NCBI GenBank assembly: GCA_028286725.1
Contig: JAQBQZ010000012.1
Span: 5,562 to 69,561, forward strand
Reading direction: 5' to 3'
Length of the DNA stretch: 64,000 nucleotides
Source of the DNA: Candidatus Tayloriibacteriota bacterium
GTDB taxonomy: Bacteria; Patescibacteriota; Minisyncoccia; Phycocordibacterales; CAIRYW01
The notes beneath the pieces were generated by a model. The model saw nothing but the letters and a program-made list of their open reading frames with translations, was not told the DNA's origin and did no database searches. Position 1 is the first letter of the stretch; each line of letters opens with the position of its first letter. A program made the position numbers and the translations under genes. Shown here one piece after another: positions 1 to 9,480 of the stretch.

Positions 1-290
1 CCTGCATCTGCTGAATAAAAGGCTTGCTGTGATTCTCTTCCTGCATTAGTGAGTGCCAACTGTTTGAGGGAAATATTCAGGATCGCAATTCCAATAGTAA
101 ACACAAGCGAACCGATGAGAGACGCAAAGAGGAGTGTAAACCCAGACACTAAATTCTTTTTAGATAAATTAGAACCTAACAAGATTTTAGTAAATAAAAA
201 TCGTATATCATTAAAAATAGATACTGCGAAATTTAGTGCTTGGGTAAATCCTTGAGATAATTTATTTTTTTTTGAATTCTTGTTTTTCAT
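1..290 (-). CDS. partial CDS (5' part only; continues past window start); contains a pilin-like hydrophobic segment, so it may be a further minor pilin-like protein
   Basis: Reverse complement of 1-290 starts with ATG at 290-288 and translates MKNKNSKKNKLSQGFTQALNF...SGFTLLFASLIGSLVFTIGIAIL with no stop before the window edge. It lies 2 nt downstream of the minor pilin gene that ends at 292. Confidence 0.3.
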   Translation of the reverse strand, partial: MKNKNSKKNKLSQGFTQALNFAVSIFNDIRFLFTKILLGSNLSKKNLVSGFTLLFASLIGSLVFTIGIAILNISLKQLALTNAGRESQQAFYSADA

Positions 291-291
291 T

Positions 292-966
292 TTATTTTCT
301 TTCCCAATTTGTCATTATATCCGTCAGACTAAATGTCTTCTCCCCTCCCAAAGCATCCCTCGAAGGCCAAATTATATCAACCTTTATAACAGCTTCATCT
401 TGTCCGTAGTTTGTGTTTTGTGGAATTACACTGATCCTTCTTTTGAATTTTGTTTCAACAGCAAGAGGATCTCCAGAATCATAACCCCAGAAACCGCTAT
501 CTGAGTTATATCGAAGATGTGGACATCCTGTATTTATATCACATGCAACAATAGCTGCGGAATGATCAATATTAAAATCCTTAGTGGTATTAACATAGCA
601 CCCCTCGAAAGTAGGGTCGGCACCACTTGTAACACAAGGATCAAGGCCCATGAGCCAATATGATCTACTTCCAGGACCAATGAACACATCGCTCAGAAAC
701 AGCGAGTCTCTTGAGTTTTTAATATATTCAATACCTTCGACAGCAAGATAATAGGCAGTGATCTCATCTCTTGCATAATAAGATGAATTGAGCGCATTAG
801 ATGCGATTTGGAGGGGGCCCGTGATCGCTAACACCAAAAGTGTAATAGCGACCAATGTTTCAATGAGTGTGAATCCACGACTAAAGTCTCTCTTTTTTGA
901 AGGAGAATTCTTTCGTTGAATAAGCGAGTATATTATATTTTTCATTTTCGACTTTTGGTTTAACAT
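292..966 (-). CDS. minor pilin / pseudopilin with prepilin-type N-terminal cleavage-methylation motif
   Basis: Translation carries RGFTLIETLVAITLLVLAITGP, a class III signal (G|FTLIE with Glu at +5) followed by a hydrophobic helix. It is the last gene of the pilus operon. Confidence 0.6.
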   Translation of the reverse strand: MLNQKSKMKNIIYSLIQRKNSPSKKRDFSRGFTLIETLVAITLLVLAITGPLQIASNALNSSYYARDEITAYYLAVEGIEYIKNSRDSLFLSDVFIGPGSRSYWLMGLDPCVTSGADPTFEGCYVNTTKDFNIDHSAAIVACDINTGCPHLRYNSDSGFWGYDSGDPLAVETKFKRRISVIPQNTNYGQDEAVIKVDIIWPSRDALGGEKTFSLTDIMTNWERK

Positions 967-971
967 ATTAT

Positions 972-1604
972 TTAAATATCAATTCTTCTTTGAGATACCA
1001 TTGTTTGCAAATGAAACTCTGTCAGATCGCCAAATCCTTGATAATGCCCTTTTACAATAATAATGATTCTTGGCTGATCATAGTCTCCAGTATTGGTCTT
1101 TCCTGTACCTGTTAGATAAAAATTAAGGGCATCAATCTTTACCTCTCCACTCGTTAAAGACTGCACAGCACCACCATCGACAGATTTTGTTATAGCACCT
1201 TTGGTGTCATCCAAAACATATATGACTGGTTTGTTACCTGATTGAGTAGAAGTAAAACTGAGTGAAGTTCCTCCACCTGGACAATCTCCTCCACCCCCAC
1301 TAGCACCTGAACAATGATAATCATATCCTGTACGCATATCTCGCACCATTGCTTCGAGCGCAAAATTGAGATTCGAAAGTACCGAAGTGATCGCCTGTGA
1401 TTTTTTGTTTGCAGACACGATAGAAAGTACTGCGCCAATAGCAACTACCATCACAAGAGCAAAGATCGTAACTGCAACCATGATCTCGATCAATGTAAAT
1501 CCAGAATTAAGTTTCTGTTTTTTTGATTTGTCTTTTACTTTTTGATTTAGTATTTTCATTTTTTGTCCCAAAAAGATTAGAGTCCTGTCGCTATATCGGC
1601 ACAC
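972..1604 (-). CDS. minor pilin / pseudopilin (prepilin-type N-terminal domain)
   Basis: NSGFTLIEIMVAVTIFALVMVVAIGA motif, Gly-rich central region with paired Cys. Overlaps the upstream pilin gene by 28 nt, indicating translational coupling. Confidence 0.6.
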   Translation of the reverse strand: MCRYSDRTLIFLGQKMKILNQKVKDKSKKQKLNSGFTLIEIMVAVTIFALVMVVAIGAVLSIVSANKKSQAITSVLSNLNFALEAMVRDMRTGYDYHCSGASGGGGDCPGGGTSLSFTSTQSGNKPVIYVLDDTKGAITKSVDGGAVQSLTSGEVKIDALNFYLTGTGKTNTGDYDQPRIIIIVKGHYQGFGDLTEFHLQTMVSQRRIDI

Positions 1605-2386
1605 CCTCCGCTTGTGTCATTAGGATCTATTGGATCAACAGATATTTGGCCCGAAACTGACACGCTCACCGTACGACATTTGTCTCCGAGTCCTGACTGT
1701 ACAACAATCTTTGCTTCGCTATATGTTTTGATGCCGTCAGGTCCGCCAGTTTTGGTTCCCATCGTAATATGCGCATCCGGATTTGGTCTTACATAAACAA
1801 TATTCAACACATGCCCAGATGAGTCAGGGCCACAAACCCATCCTCCATCGGCTTTTGCACAATACTGTTTAATAGTCTGACCTTGAGTAAGCTGAATTAC
1901 CTTATCTACACTATCTACGCCGCCCGTCTGATTCTGATCGGACTGTGCAGTATAATAATAATCAAATATTTTTGAATCATCAGTAACAGGATCCAAAATT
2001 GGAGTCTCTGAAACATCAACAAAGTTTATGAATGAATTTGGATTTCCACCATCAGTTCCCGGCTCAAAATGTACGCCATAACCTGACTTATACGGAATAG
2101 TACTACTCGCTTTTGAACTTAACCCAGAAACTGCAGCATCTCTAACAGAAAGAGCGACCTCGTATGCCACATCAGTGATGAGCACGTCACTTGAAAATTT
2201 GCTTTGACGAAACAAAACAGCCGAAGTCACAATGAGCATGATTGAAACCGTAATGATAAGTTCAATCAAAGAAAAACCTCGAGAATGACAAGTAAACAAG
2301 TCAAATTTTGGCTTGTTGCATTTATTTTCAATTTTCACTCTCTCGAGTATCAACTTCTGTTGTGTTTTTTTATTTTTGATTTGCAT
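1577..2386 (-). CDS. minor pilin-like protein (prepilin-type N-terminal domain, longer leader)
   Basis: SRGFSLIELIITVSIMLIVTSAV motif after a ~35-aa leader, 269 aa. Sits immediately downstream of pilD. Confidence 0.5.
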   Translation of the reverse strand: MQIKNKKTQQKLILERVKIENKCNKPKFDLFTCHSRGFSLIELIITVSIMLIVTSAVLFRQSKFSSDVLITDVAYEVALSVRDAAVSGLSSKASSTIPYKSGYGVHFEPGTDGGNPNSFINFVDVSETPILDPVTDDSKIFDYYYTAQSDQNQTGGVDSVDKVIQLTQGQTIKQYCAKADGGWVCGPDSSGHVLNIVYVRPNPDAHITMGTKTGGPDGIKTYSEAKIVVQSGLGDKCRTVSVSVSGQISVDPIDPNDTSGGCADIATGL

Positions 2387-2391
2387 TTTTT

Positions 2392-3210
2392 TTACATTCC
2401 AAACAAAAATACATTAATACTCAAAAGATCTGGTGAGTAATAATAAGCAAGCAAAGTACCGAGTACAAGAAACGGAGCAAACGGCATTTCACTTTTCATT
2501 TTCAAAAGCGGAATATTAAGCTTCACAATCTTCTGGAGACCAATCATTACTAGAGACACTGCTGCTGCAATCCAAAATCCAAGAATGATTGCAGATGCGC
2601 CTTTCGCAAGACCAAGGAGTAGTCCAATTCCCAAAGCAAGCTTTCCATCTCCAAGTCCCATCCATTCTCCATTTGACCATCTCCAGAGTGCATAAAATGG
2701 TAAGAAAAGTATGGGCCCAGCAAGCAGATTCAATAACCCTCCGAGAGTTTTGAAGTAAAATATATTATGCGTTGCCAAAAGCCAGACAAAAGAAAGTGAT
2801 GCGAACCACAAGGCAAGCTTGTCTGGCACAATCTTGTGCCTGATATCGTAGACCGAGATAACAATAAGGATTGAAAAAATGGCGAAGTAAAATACCATCG
2901 AAAGTGCGGAAACAAATGGAAATCCCGCGAGAGTTTTGAAGTACACAATTACAAATACAATACCTGTAATTATTTCTACAAGCGGATATTGCCAAGACAA
3001 TGGAGTCTTGCAAGATTTGCATTTACCGCGTTGAAACAAGAAGCTAAAAACTGGAATAAGTTCAAGTGCATTCAAAACCTTTCCACATGAAAAACAAAAT
3101 GATCTACCGCCCACTGTTCTTCCTGTTTTAAAACGAAGAATAACAACATTAAGAAAACTTCCAATAATCACTCCAAATATAAATACAAAAATAGCTATTG
3201 TTGAAATCAT
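2392..3210 (-). CDS. pilD: prepilin peptidase (A24 family, PilD/ComC-like)
   Basis: Multi-TM protein with the N-terminal zinc-binding tetracysteine CFSCGKVLNALELIPVF...GKCKSCKTPLS, typical of PilD. Located inside the pilin cluster. Confidence 0.85.
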   Translation of the reverse strand: MISTIAIFVFIFGVIIGSFLNVVILRFKTGRTVGGRSFCFSCGKVLNALELIPVFSFLFQRGKCKSCKTPLSWQYPLVEIITGIVFVIVYFKTLAGFPFVSALSMVFYFAIFSILIVISVYDIRHKIVPDKLALWFASLSFVWLLATHNIFYFKTLGGLLNLLAGPILFLPFYALWRWSNGEWMGLGDGKLALGIGLLLGLAKGASAIILGFWIAAAVSLVMIGLQKIVKLNIPLLKMKSEMPFAPFLVLGTLLAYYYSPDLLSINVFLFGM

Positions 3211-3260
3211 ATGATAATTATATAGTGAAAAGTTGAAAGTTGAAAGGCTCTAAAGTGGAT

Positions 3261-3294
3261 GAAAAAATAAAATACGCGGTGCTAGAGGCACCGC
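3261..3294 (-). terminator. rho-independent terminator-like hairpin downstream of pilin gene 3333..3791
   Basis: aaatacgcggtgc-taga-ggcaccgcgtattt inverted repeat followed by a T run in the minus-strand sense. Confidence 0.5.
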
Positions 3295-3332
3295 GTATTT
3301 TTCTATAGACTAATGACCATCAACCAGTACAT

Positions 3333-3791
3333 CTACGGTCCCTTTATCTGATAGTTCGCACTTGTACCAGTATCAAGACAGCTCACCTCATTATGCATTG
3401 CATCAGTTTCCATGGTGGCCCCAAAGCAATACCCTTTTGGACTTGTGATCAACTTATAAAAATAATCAGTATGAGATTGTGGGTCCTGTGGGGCAGCATT
3501 ATTTGTAAAGTATTGATTTAGATCAGCGAGAGCGGGAGGAAACTGTCCATTATGCTCACTAAAATACACCTGTGCCGCTTGATCAAGAGATTTTAAATCC
3601 CCTGCGCGTACCGTATCTCTACTTTTTAGCCTACTATCACTTAATCCAGCAAATGAAAGGCTTGCTAATATACCAATGATTGCGATCACGACCATAAGCT
3701 CGATCAGCGTGAACCCAGACCTTCTATTATTAATTTCTTTTTTATATATCATTTTTTTAAAAATAACTGACTCAAAATTAAGATGCAACAA
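3333..3791 (-). CDS. type IV pilin (prepilin)
   Basis: RSGFTLIELMVVIAIIGILASLSF class III signal and N-terminal helix, 152 aa, followed by its own terminator. Confidence 0.75.
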   Translation of the reverse strand: MLHLNFESVIFKKMIYKKEINNRRSGFTLIELMVVIAIIGILASLSFAGLSDSRLKSRDTVRAGDLKSLDQAAQVYFSEHNGQFPPALADLNQYFTNNAAPQDPQSHTDYFYKLITSPKGYCFGATMETDAMHNEVSCLDTGTSANYQIKGP

Positions 3792-3794
3792 TAC

Positions 3795-4211
3795 CTATTC
3801 CACAGAAGTAGTGACGCAACCAGATGAATCAGTACAAGTGACAGAATTACCCGCATCGTCACTTGCAGAAAAAGAAAATGTGTTTGAAGATGGATCAGAG
3901 ATGGGATTACTATAAGTCCAACCTGGCGCAATAACTGGCCACGAAGGAGTTGAAACGCCGCATATATCCCCACCCCCTTCAGTCAATGAGGCCATATTCT
4001 GAAGAGCATCTTTAGAATCCATACAAGCAACAGCAATAGGGAGAATACTGCTCATAGTCGTCTGTGCAGAAGCGATTTTTGATTTTGCTCGAGAACTAAG
4101 AAGTGCCGCAGTGACAACTGCTGCAAGAATACCGATGATAGCAATTACTACCAAAAGTTCGAGCAATGTAAATCCTGACGCTAAGTTTTGTCTTTTTTTC
4201 TTAATTTTCAT
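3795..4211 (-). CDS. type IV pilin (prepilin)
   Basis: ASGFTLLELLVVIAIIGILAAVV motif, 138 aa, C-terminal Cys pair. Confidence 0.75.
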   Translation of the reverse strand: MKIKKKRQNLASGFTLLELLVVIAIIGILAAVVTAALLSSRAKSKIASAQTTMSSILPIAVACMDSKDALQNMASLTEGGGDICGVSTPSWPVIAPGWTYSNPISDPSSNTFSFSASDDAGNSVTCTDSSGCVTTSVE

Positions 4212-4245
4212 TATTAATATTATATCATTAAAAAAATAAATATTA

Positions 4246-4275
4246 AAAATCCACAGCTTTCGCTGTGGATTTTTA
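4246..4275 (-). terminator. rho-independent terminator-like hairpin downstream of pilin gene 4300..4698
   Basis: aaaaatccacagc-tttc-gctgtggattttt inverted repeat. Confidence 0.5.
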
Positions 4276-4299
4276 ATCTTAAATTGATCTTAAGAAAAC

Positions 4300-4698
4300 T
4301 TAACAGTTAGCACCACTGAGACCACCGTCTGTAAGGTTAACAGTACAAGCTGCTCCAGCTGCTGTTACAGCTCCGTTAGTAGCAGTTACAGCAACACTGA
4401 ATGAACCGTCTCCTGTTGGTCCACACTTGTTACCTGTAGATCCTCCAGCTGCAATAGTACCTACTGAGTAGTGACCAGTTACACCCGCGAGAGCAGCAGG
4501 ATTAGATGTTGACAATGCAGCAGTATCACATGCAGTTACAAGAGCAGGAAGCATACTTGAAGCTTCTGAATTGAATGCAGCAACTTTTGCTTTTGCACGA
4601 GCACTGTTAAGAGAAACCAAAACTACTGATGAGAGAATACCGATGATTGCGATAACAACCAAGAGCTCAATCAATGTAAAACCTTTATTTTTTTTCAT
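4300..4698 (-). CDS. pilA: type IV pilin, likely major pilin (PilA-like)
   Basis: MKKNKGFTLIELLVVIAIIGILSSVVLVSLNSARAKAK: short leader, G|FTLIE, Ala/Gly/Thr-rich body with Cys pair. Monocistronic, flanked by its own terminator hairpins and a long AT-rich upstream region. Confidence 0.75.
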   Translation of the reverse strand: MKKNKGFTLIELLVVIAIIGILSSVVLVSLNSARAKAKVAAFNSEASSMLPALVTACDTAALSTSNPAALAGVTGHYSVGTIAAGGSTGNKCGPTGDGSFSVAVTATNGAVTAAGAACTVNLTDGGLSGANC

Positions 4699-4903
4699 AA
4701 CGAAAAATTTTTATAAAATTAACGAACTATTAATAATCAATTGATTATGCCTTTTTAACGAAAAAGACGAACGACATTCGACCGTAACATAATTATATCT
4801 TGTTTGAAGAAAATAAAAAGAAAAAAACAATTAAGTTGGGGAAAACATTTAGGTAGAATAAAGAATTCGGAATTAAGTATTATGTATAAAAAATAAATTC
4901 ATT

Positions 4904-4939
4904 AAAAAACTTTCTTGCCCTGAAGCAAGAAAGTTTTTT
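4904..4939 (-). terminator. terminator-like hairpin between pilC and the pilA-like gene
   Basis: aaaaaactttcttgc-cctgaa-gcaagaaagtttttt perfect inverted repeat with a T run. Confidence 0.55.
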
Positions 4940-4975
4940 ATTATTAATTCGTAATTCCAAATACTTAATTATGTC

Positions 4976-6181
4976 TTAAATTGATGCCGAAATATTGTAG
5001 ATCGGAATAAGTACTGATGCGAGAAGGAATGCAACACCGAGTCCGAGCAGAACAATCATCACAGGTTCGATAAGATCAACAAGAGTATCTACTGCATTCA
5101 CCACTTCTCTCTGGTAGAATTTTGCAAGAGTATCCAAAATACTTCCGAGCTCTCCTGTCTCTTCTCCGATCTTTGCCATTTGAACAACAATACTTGGAAT
5201 CTCTGAATTACCTGAAAGCGCTTCTGACAAAGGTCTTCCACCTTTGACCAAGTCCATCGCTTTTTTGAGTACCTCTTGATATACCTTGCTATCAACAACA
5301 TCAGATGTTAGTTCCAAAGCTTTAATCATTGGGATTCCAGAAACAAGAAGCGTGTTCATGTTGTCAGCAATACGAGAAAGGTAAAGTTTTTTATAGAGTG
5401 TACCTACATATGGTACAGAAAGCTTTGCGCTGTCCATCATCAAAGCCCCTTTCTCTCCGAGACTGCTTCGATAAATAAAAAATCCAAGAATGACTATAGC
5501 GATCAAAAAAAGAATTCCGTAGTTAACCAAAAAATTACTGAATCCAATCACAATACGAGTATATATAGGTATCTGCTGACCTGATTCAGTGATGATAGCA
5601 GAGATCTTTGGGATAACGAGAGTAAGCATCAAAACCATCACAGAGATGAATGTAAATACAACGAAGGCAGGATAGATGAGCGCATTCTTTGCCTTACTTG
5701 ATACCGCATAGTTACGATCCAAATAATCTGCCAAATACATAAATGTCTGATCGAGCTTTCCAGATTCTTCACCGGCCTTCACCATGTTTACATAGAATGT
5801 TGAAAATACTTTTGGATGTTTTGAAAGCGCCTTAGAGATACTCGCACCCGCCTGAATATCATCAGCGACTTCAGAGATCTTTTCACCCAAGACCTTATTT
5901 TCTGTTTCACCTCCCAAAAGTCTGAAAACTCGAAGTGCAGATACCTGTGCAGCAAAGAGTGTTGCGATCTGACGAGAAAGAATCACCACATCTTTGTTTG
6001 ATACTCGTTCAAGCCATTTGATCTTCATACTTAGACCTTTTTTTTCTTCCACAGAATTGATCTGAGTAATCACGAGTCCTCTTCTTTGAATCGAACTTAT
6101 TGCGACATCATTATTAAGCGCCTCAACTGAGCCACTTTGTTCTTGTCCTTGTGCATCTAATGCTTTGTAATTAAAGAGCAT
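4976..6181 (-). CDS. pilC: type IV pilus inner-membrane platform protein PilC (GspF family)
   Basis: 401 aa with two T2SS-F repeats and 3 TM segments, in the standard position beside pilT and pilB. Confidence 0.85.
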   Translation of the reverse strand: MLFNYKALDAQGQEQSGSVEALNNDVAISSIQRRGLVITQINSVEEKKGLSMKIKWLERVSNKDVVILSRQIATLFAAQVSALRVFRLLGGETENKVLGEKISEVADDIQAGASISKALSKHPKVFSTFYVNMVKAGEESGKLDQTFMYLADYLDRNYAVSSKAKNALIYPAFVVFTFISVMVLMLTLVIPKISAIITESGQQIPIYTRIVIGFSNFLVNYGILFLIAIVILGFFIYRSSLGEKGALMMDSAKLSVPYVGTLYKKLYLSRIADNMNTLLVSGIPMIKALELTSDVVDSKVYQEVLKKAMDLVKGGRPLSEALSGNSEIPSIVVQMAKIGEETGELGSILDTLAKFYQREVVNAVDTLVDLIEPVMIVLLGLGVAFLLASVLIPIYNISASI

Positions 6182-6188
6182 ATATTTT

Positions 6189-7250
6189 TTATATCATTCT
6201 TTCGAGCATCTTTGGATTAAATGCATACTTGTATGCGCTCTCGATTGTGATCTCGCCTCTTCGTACCAAATCTGCAAGGCATCTATTCATATCGATCATT
6301 CCTAATTCTGAACTTGTTTCAATCACTGTGTTTATTTCGTGCACTCTTTTTTCTCGAATGAGGTTTGATACCGCACTGTTTACGATCAAGAGCTCGTATG
6401 CGGGAATAAGTCCCCCAGAAATTCGAGGAATAAGTCTCTGAGAAAATACACCAATAAGAGACGACGCGAGCTGAACTCGGATCTGATCTTGCTGTGTCGA
6501 TGGAAATGAATCAATAATACGATCGATAGTCTGAGCCGCATTGTTTGTGTGAAGTGTTGAAAACACCAAGTGTCCTGTTTCAGCCGCTGTTACTGCCGCA
6601 GCCATAGTTTCCGCATTACGCATCTCGCCCACAAGAAGTACATTCACATCTTGTCGGAGAGCTTCAGTAAGCGCGATACCGAAATCCTTTGTATCAATAT
6701 GCACCTCTCTTTGATCAATGATAGATTTTTTTTGGTCGTAGAGGTATTCTACAGGATCTTCGATCGTCACAATATGTTCTGCCCTTTCTTCATTGATGAG
6801 TTCAATCATTGATGCAAGAGTCGTTGTCTTTCCCTGTCCTACAGGACCCACCACGAGAAAGAAACCTTGCTTTCGTCTTGCAAAATCAGCAAGTGTTGGA
6901 GGCAGCTTAAGCTCTTCAACTGTTTTGATCTGTTTTGGAATAAGTCGAAGCGCGATAGAGATATGTCCTTGCTGAAAATAGGCATTGCCTCGAAATCTTC
7001 CTCTGTCATTAAAATCGTAAGAAAAATCAACTTCTTTAGTATTATCAAAAATAGCTTTCATCTCTGCTGTCACCATGAGATTCAAAAGCTCTGTCGTATC
7101 CTCTTTTTTAAGAACATTTTTTCGAGCAAGAGGAACAAGAGCTCCTGCAACACGAATTGTTGGCTGCCTTCCTTCTGATAAATGAAGATCCGATGCGCCT
7201 TCGCGCACTACGATATCGAGCAGATCATTTAACTCTTGTTTGTAATCCAT
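6189..7250 (-). CDS. pilT: twitching-motility / retraction ATPase PilT
   Basis: 353 aa with Walker A GPVGQGKTTTLASMI, Asp box and the His box GEMRNAETMAAAVTAAETGHLVFSTLHTNNAAQTIDRIID characteristic of PilT. Confidence 0.85.
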   Translation of the reverse strand: MDYKQELNDLLDIVVREGASDLHLSEGRQPTIRVAGALVPLARKNVLKKEDTTELLNLMVTAEMKAIFDNTKEVDFSYDFNDRGRFRGNAYFQQGHISIALRLIPKQIKTVEELKLPPTLADFARRKQGFFLVVGPVGQGKTTTLASMIELINEERAEHIVTIEDPVEYLYDQKKSIIDQREVHIDTKDFGIALTEALRQDVNVLLVGEMRNAETMAAAVTAAETGHLVFSTLHTNNAAQTIDRIIDSFPSTQQDQIRVQLASSLIGVFSQRLIPRISGGLIPAYELLIVNSAVSNLIREKRVHEINTVIETSSELGMIDMNRCLADLVRRGEITIESAYKYAFNPKMLERMI

Positions 7251-7281
7251 TTATTTTTTATGAATCTATAAATAATATTAA

Positions 7282-7713
7282 TTATTTTCCGTTCTCTTTT
7301 GCAATATCTGTAATCTGCCGAAGTACTTCTGAAGGAATAGTCGTTGCCTTAACAATGTATCCATTGATGCCGAACGCCTTTGCACGATCAATGTCTGATG
7401 GCTGACCCTGGTTTGAAAGTATAATGACCACAGACCCTTCCGCGAGATTTTCTTCCCTGATCTTTGCAAGAAGTTCGATACCATCCATTTCTGGCATAAT
7501 AACGTCAAGCAAAACGATATCAGGCTTCAAACCTGTTCGAAGTTTTTCTAGAGCCTCAGTTGGCCGAGACACAGAGATCACATCCATTCCCTCTTTTGTA
7601 AACTTCATTGTGTACATACTCAATATAAACTTGTCGTCATCCACGATCATTATATTGAATTTCTTTTTTGCTTCTGCAGGAGCAGTGTTTGTTGTAGTTG
7701 TGTTTTCTTCCAT
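7282..7713 (-). CDS. single-domain response regulator (CheY-like receiver, PilH/PilG-like)
   Basis: IMIVDDDKFILSMYTMKF...DIVLLDVIMPEMDGIELL...K at the expected positions, 143 aa, no output domain. Located between pilB and pilT. Confidence 0.75.
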   Translation of the reverse strand: MEENTTTTNTAPAEAKKKFNIMIVDDDKFILSMYTMKFTKEGMDVISVSRPTEALEKLRTGLKPDIVLLDVIMPEMDGIELLAKIREENLAEGSVVIILSNQGQPSDIDRAKAFGINGYIVKATTIPSEVLRQITDIAKENGK

Positions 7714-7744
7714 ACAAATATTATATCATAAAACTTTGCTAAAA

Positions 7745-9475
7745 TTATACCAAGTTGTTGATTTCTTCTATCGGGATTTCCTTTTTGAGCATTTTGATTA
7801 TGGCATCTTCTCGCATTGTGAGCATTCCTTTATTTCGTACCACTTTCCATATCTCAGGAGCTGATGGATTAGTTAGAATTACTTTTTCTAATTCTTTATC
7901 CATCTTGTACATTTCAAACACAGCCACTCGTCCTTTTGTACCTTTTGGACATTCAGGTGTCGGTGCGTTCTCTAACACTTCTGTAACTATAGGTATTTCT
8001 TTTTTGTATTCTTCCGGAAGGTCAGCAAACTGCTTATCCATCATAGCCTGCACACTTCCCTCTACTGCCATTGGCTTTCCTGAACCAGGACAGATCTTTG
8101 ACACAAGTCGCTGAGCCATCGAAAGAATAAGTGTTGGAGCAATAAGAAAAGGATCCACACCCATATCTATGAGTCGCGGAACAACTCCAATAGAGTCGTT
8201 GGTGTGAATAGTTGAAAGCACAAGGTGGCCTGTAAGCGCCGCTTGAATCGCGAGCTGGGCAGTTTCTTTATCTCGAATTTCTCCCACCATAATAATATCA
8301 GGGTCTTGTCGAAGCGTGGTTCGAAGTCCCGTTGCAAATGTGTATCCGATCTCAGGCCGCACCTGTGACTGACTCACTCCATCAATATTATACTCAACTG
8401 GATCTTCAAGTGAGAGCACGTTGTGACTTTCCTTATCAACTTCTTCGAGCATTGAATAGAGCGTTGTACTTTTACCAGATCCTGTTGGACCTGAAATGAG
8501 GATCAGTCCATAAGGCCTCTTGATCGCCTCTCGGATCATTGCAAGATTTCTCTCTGACATTTCAAGCTGGCCAAGCCCCTTTACACCTTTGGCCTGGTCC
8601 AAAATTCGCATCACGACTTTTTCACCATAATACACAGGAAAAGTAGATACTCGAAAATCGATCTTCCGTCCATCAATTCGAGCAGAAAATCGTCCGTCCT
8701 GAGGCTTTCGTTTTTCATCGAGCTTCATATTTGAGAGAATCTTGATTCGAGCAACTACCGCATTTAACACTTTGATTGGAAGAATAAGCGACGTGTGAAG
8801 AGTACCATCGAGTCGAAATCTGACACGAACTTTGTCGCTCACAGGTTCGATGTGTACGTCAGATGCATTACCTTCAATCGCGTATCGAAGAATTGTTGCC
8901 ACAATCTTTGTTACCGGAGCATCTTCAATAATATTTGTCTGATTTATTTTTTCGCCGAGATTTTCATCTTCTGATTCGGATTGTGCAATCTCCTTTTCTT
9001 CATCCGTAAGATCTGTTTCGAGCTCAGTCAAAGCCTTAGTCACTTCTCCAGAAAGTCCTTTGTAACACTCCATTGCCTTCTTGTAATCTTCTTCAGAAAT
9101 GAGAAAGATCTTGTATGGAATATTATTTTTTGAAGAAATGAAGTTCAGTGCATCGCGCGCCTCAAAATTTTCTGGATCTATCACTCCAACCTCAAGAACT
9201 CCATCTGCCACATCAATCGGTATCATTTTATAAAACGATGCGGACTCTTCGGGAAGATATTTTAATATTTCAAACGGAATCGCGGGCTTTGGAATCTTTT
9301 TGACCGGCACACCCAAGAACTCAGCCTTCGCATCAAGAATAGTATATGCATCAATCCCCTTTAGGGCGAGTAGCGACTCAGCACTTGATTCGCCATTTAA
9401 AAGTTCTGCACGAACATTCTTAGCGATTTCTGGACTTACAATTCCTTTTTGTAATAAGACATCTATAACATTCAT
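7745..9475 (-). CDS. pilB: type IV pilus assembly ATPase PilB (GspE family)
   Basis: 576 aa with an N-terminal GSPII_E_N-like domain, Walker A SGPTGSGKSTTLYSML, the His box GEIRDKETAQLAIQAALTGHLVLSTIHTN and a Cys-containing C-terminal region. Confidence 0.85.
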   Translation of the reverse strand: MNVIDVLLQKGIVSPEIAKNVRAELLNGESSAESLLALKGIDAYTILDAKAEFLGVPVKKIPKPAIPFEILKYLPEESASFYKMIPIDVADGVLEVGVIDPENFEARDALNFISSKNNIPYKIFLISEEDYKKAMECYKGLSGEVTKALTELETDLTDEEKEIAQSESEDENLGEKINQTNIIEDAPVTKIVATILRYAIEGNASDVHIEPVSDKVRVRFRLDGTLHTSLILPIKVLNAVVARIKILSNMKLDEKRKPQDGRFSARIDGRKIDFRVSTFPVYYGEKVVMRILDQAKGVKGLGQLEMSERNLAMIREAIKRPYGLILISGPTGSGKSTTLYSMLEEVDKESHNVLSLEDPVEYNIDGVSQSQVRPEIGYTFATGLRTTLRQDPDIIMVGEIRDKETAQLAIQAALTGHLVLSTIHTNDSIGVVPRLIDMGVDPFLIAPTLILSMAQRLVSKICPGSGKPMAVEGSVQAMMDKQFADLPEEYKKEIPIVTEVLENAPTPECPKGTKGRVAVFEMYKMDKELEKVILTNPSAPEIWKVVRNKGMLTMREDAIIKMLKKEIPIEEINNLV

Positions 9476-9480
9476 ACTAT

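Noticed and set aside
49-255. 68-aa plus-strand ORF at the window start
   Set aside because: It lies antisense to a better-supported minus-strand coding region that starts at 290 and has a pilin-like hydrophobic segment. There is no motif support.
1190-1444. Small antisense or out-of-frame ORFs nested in confident genes (for example 1190..1444, 2730..3022, 5098..5301, 6229..7178, 7424..8114, 9547..9819, 10185..10454, 11825..12324, 19413..19868, 20017..20629, 21189..21948, 26012..28313, 30600..31924, 36102..37967, 42692..43775, 48313..49032, 51494..52241)
   Set aside because: Each is fully contained within, and out of frame with or antisense to, a long ORF with clear family motifs. They are treated as translation artefacts.
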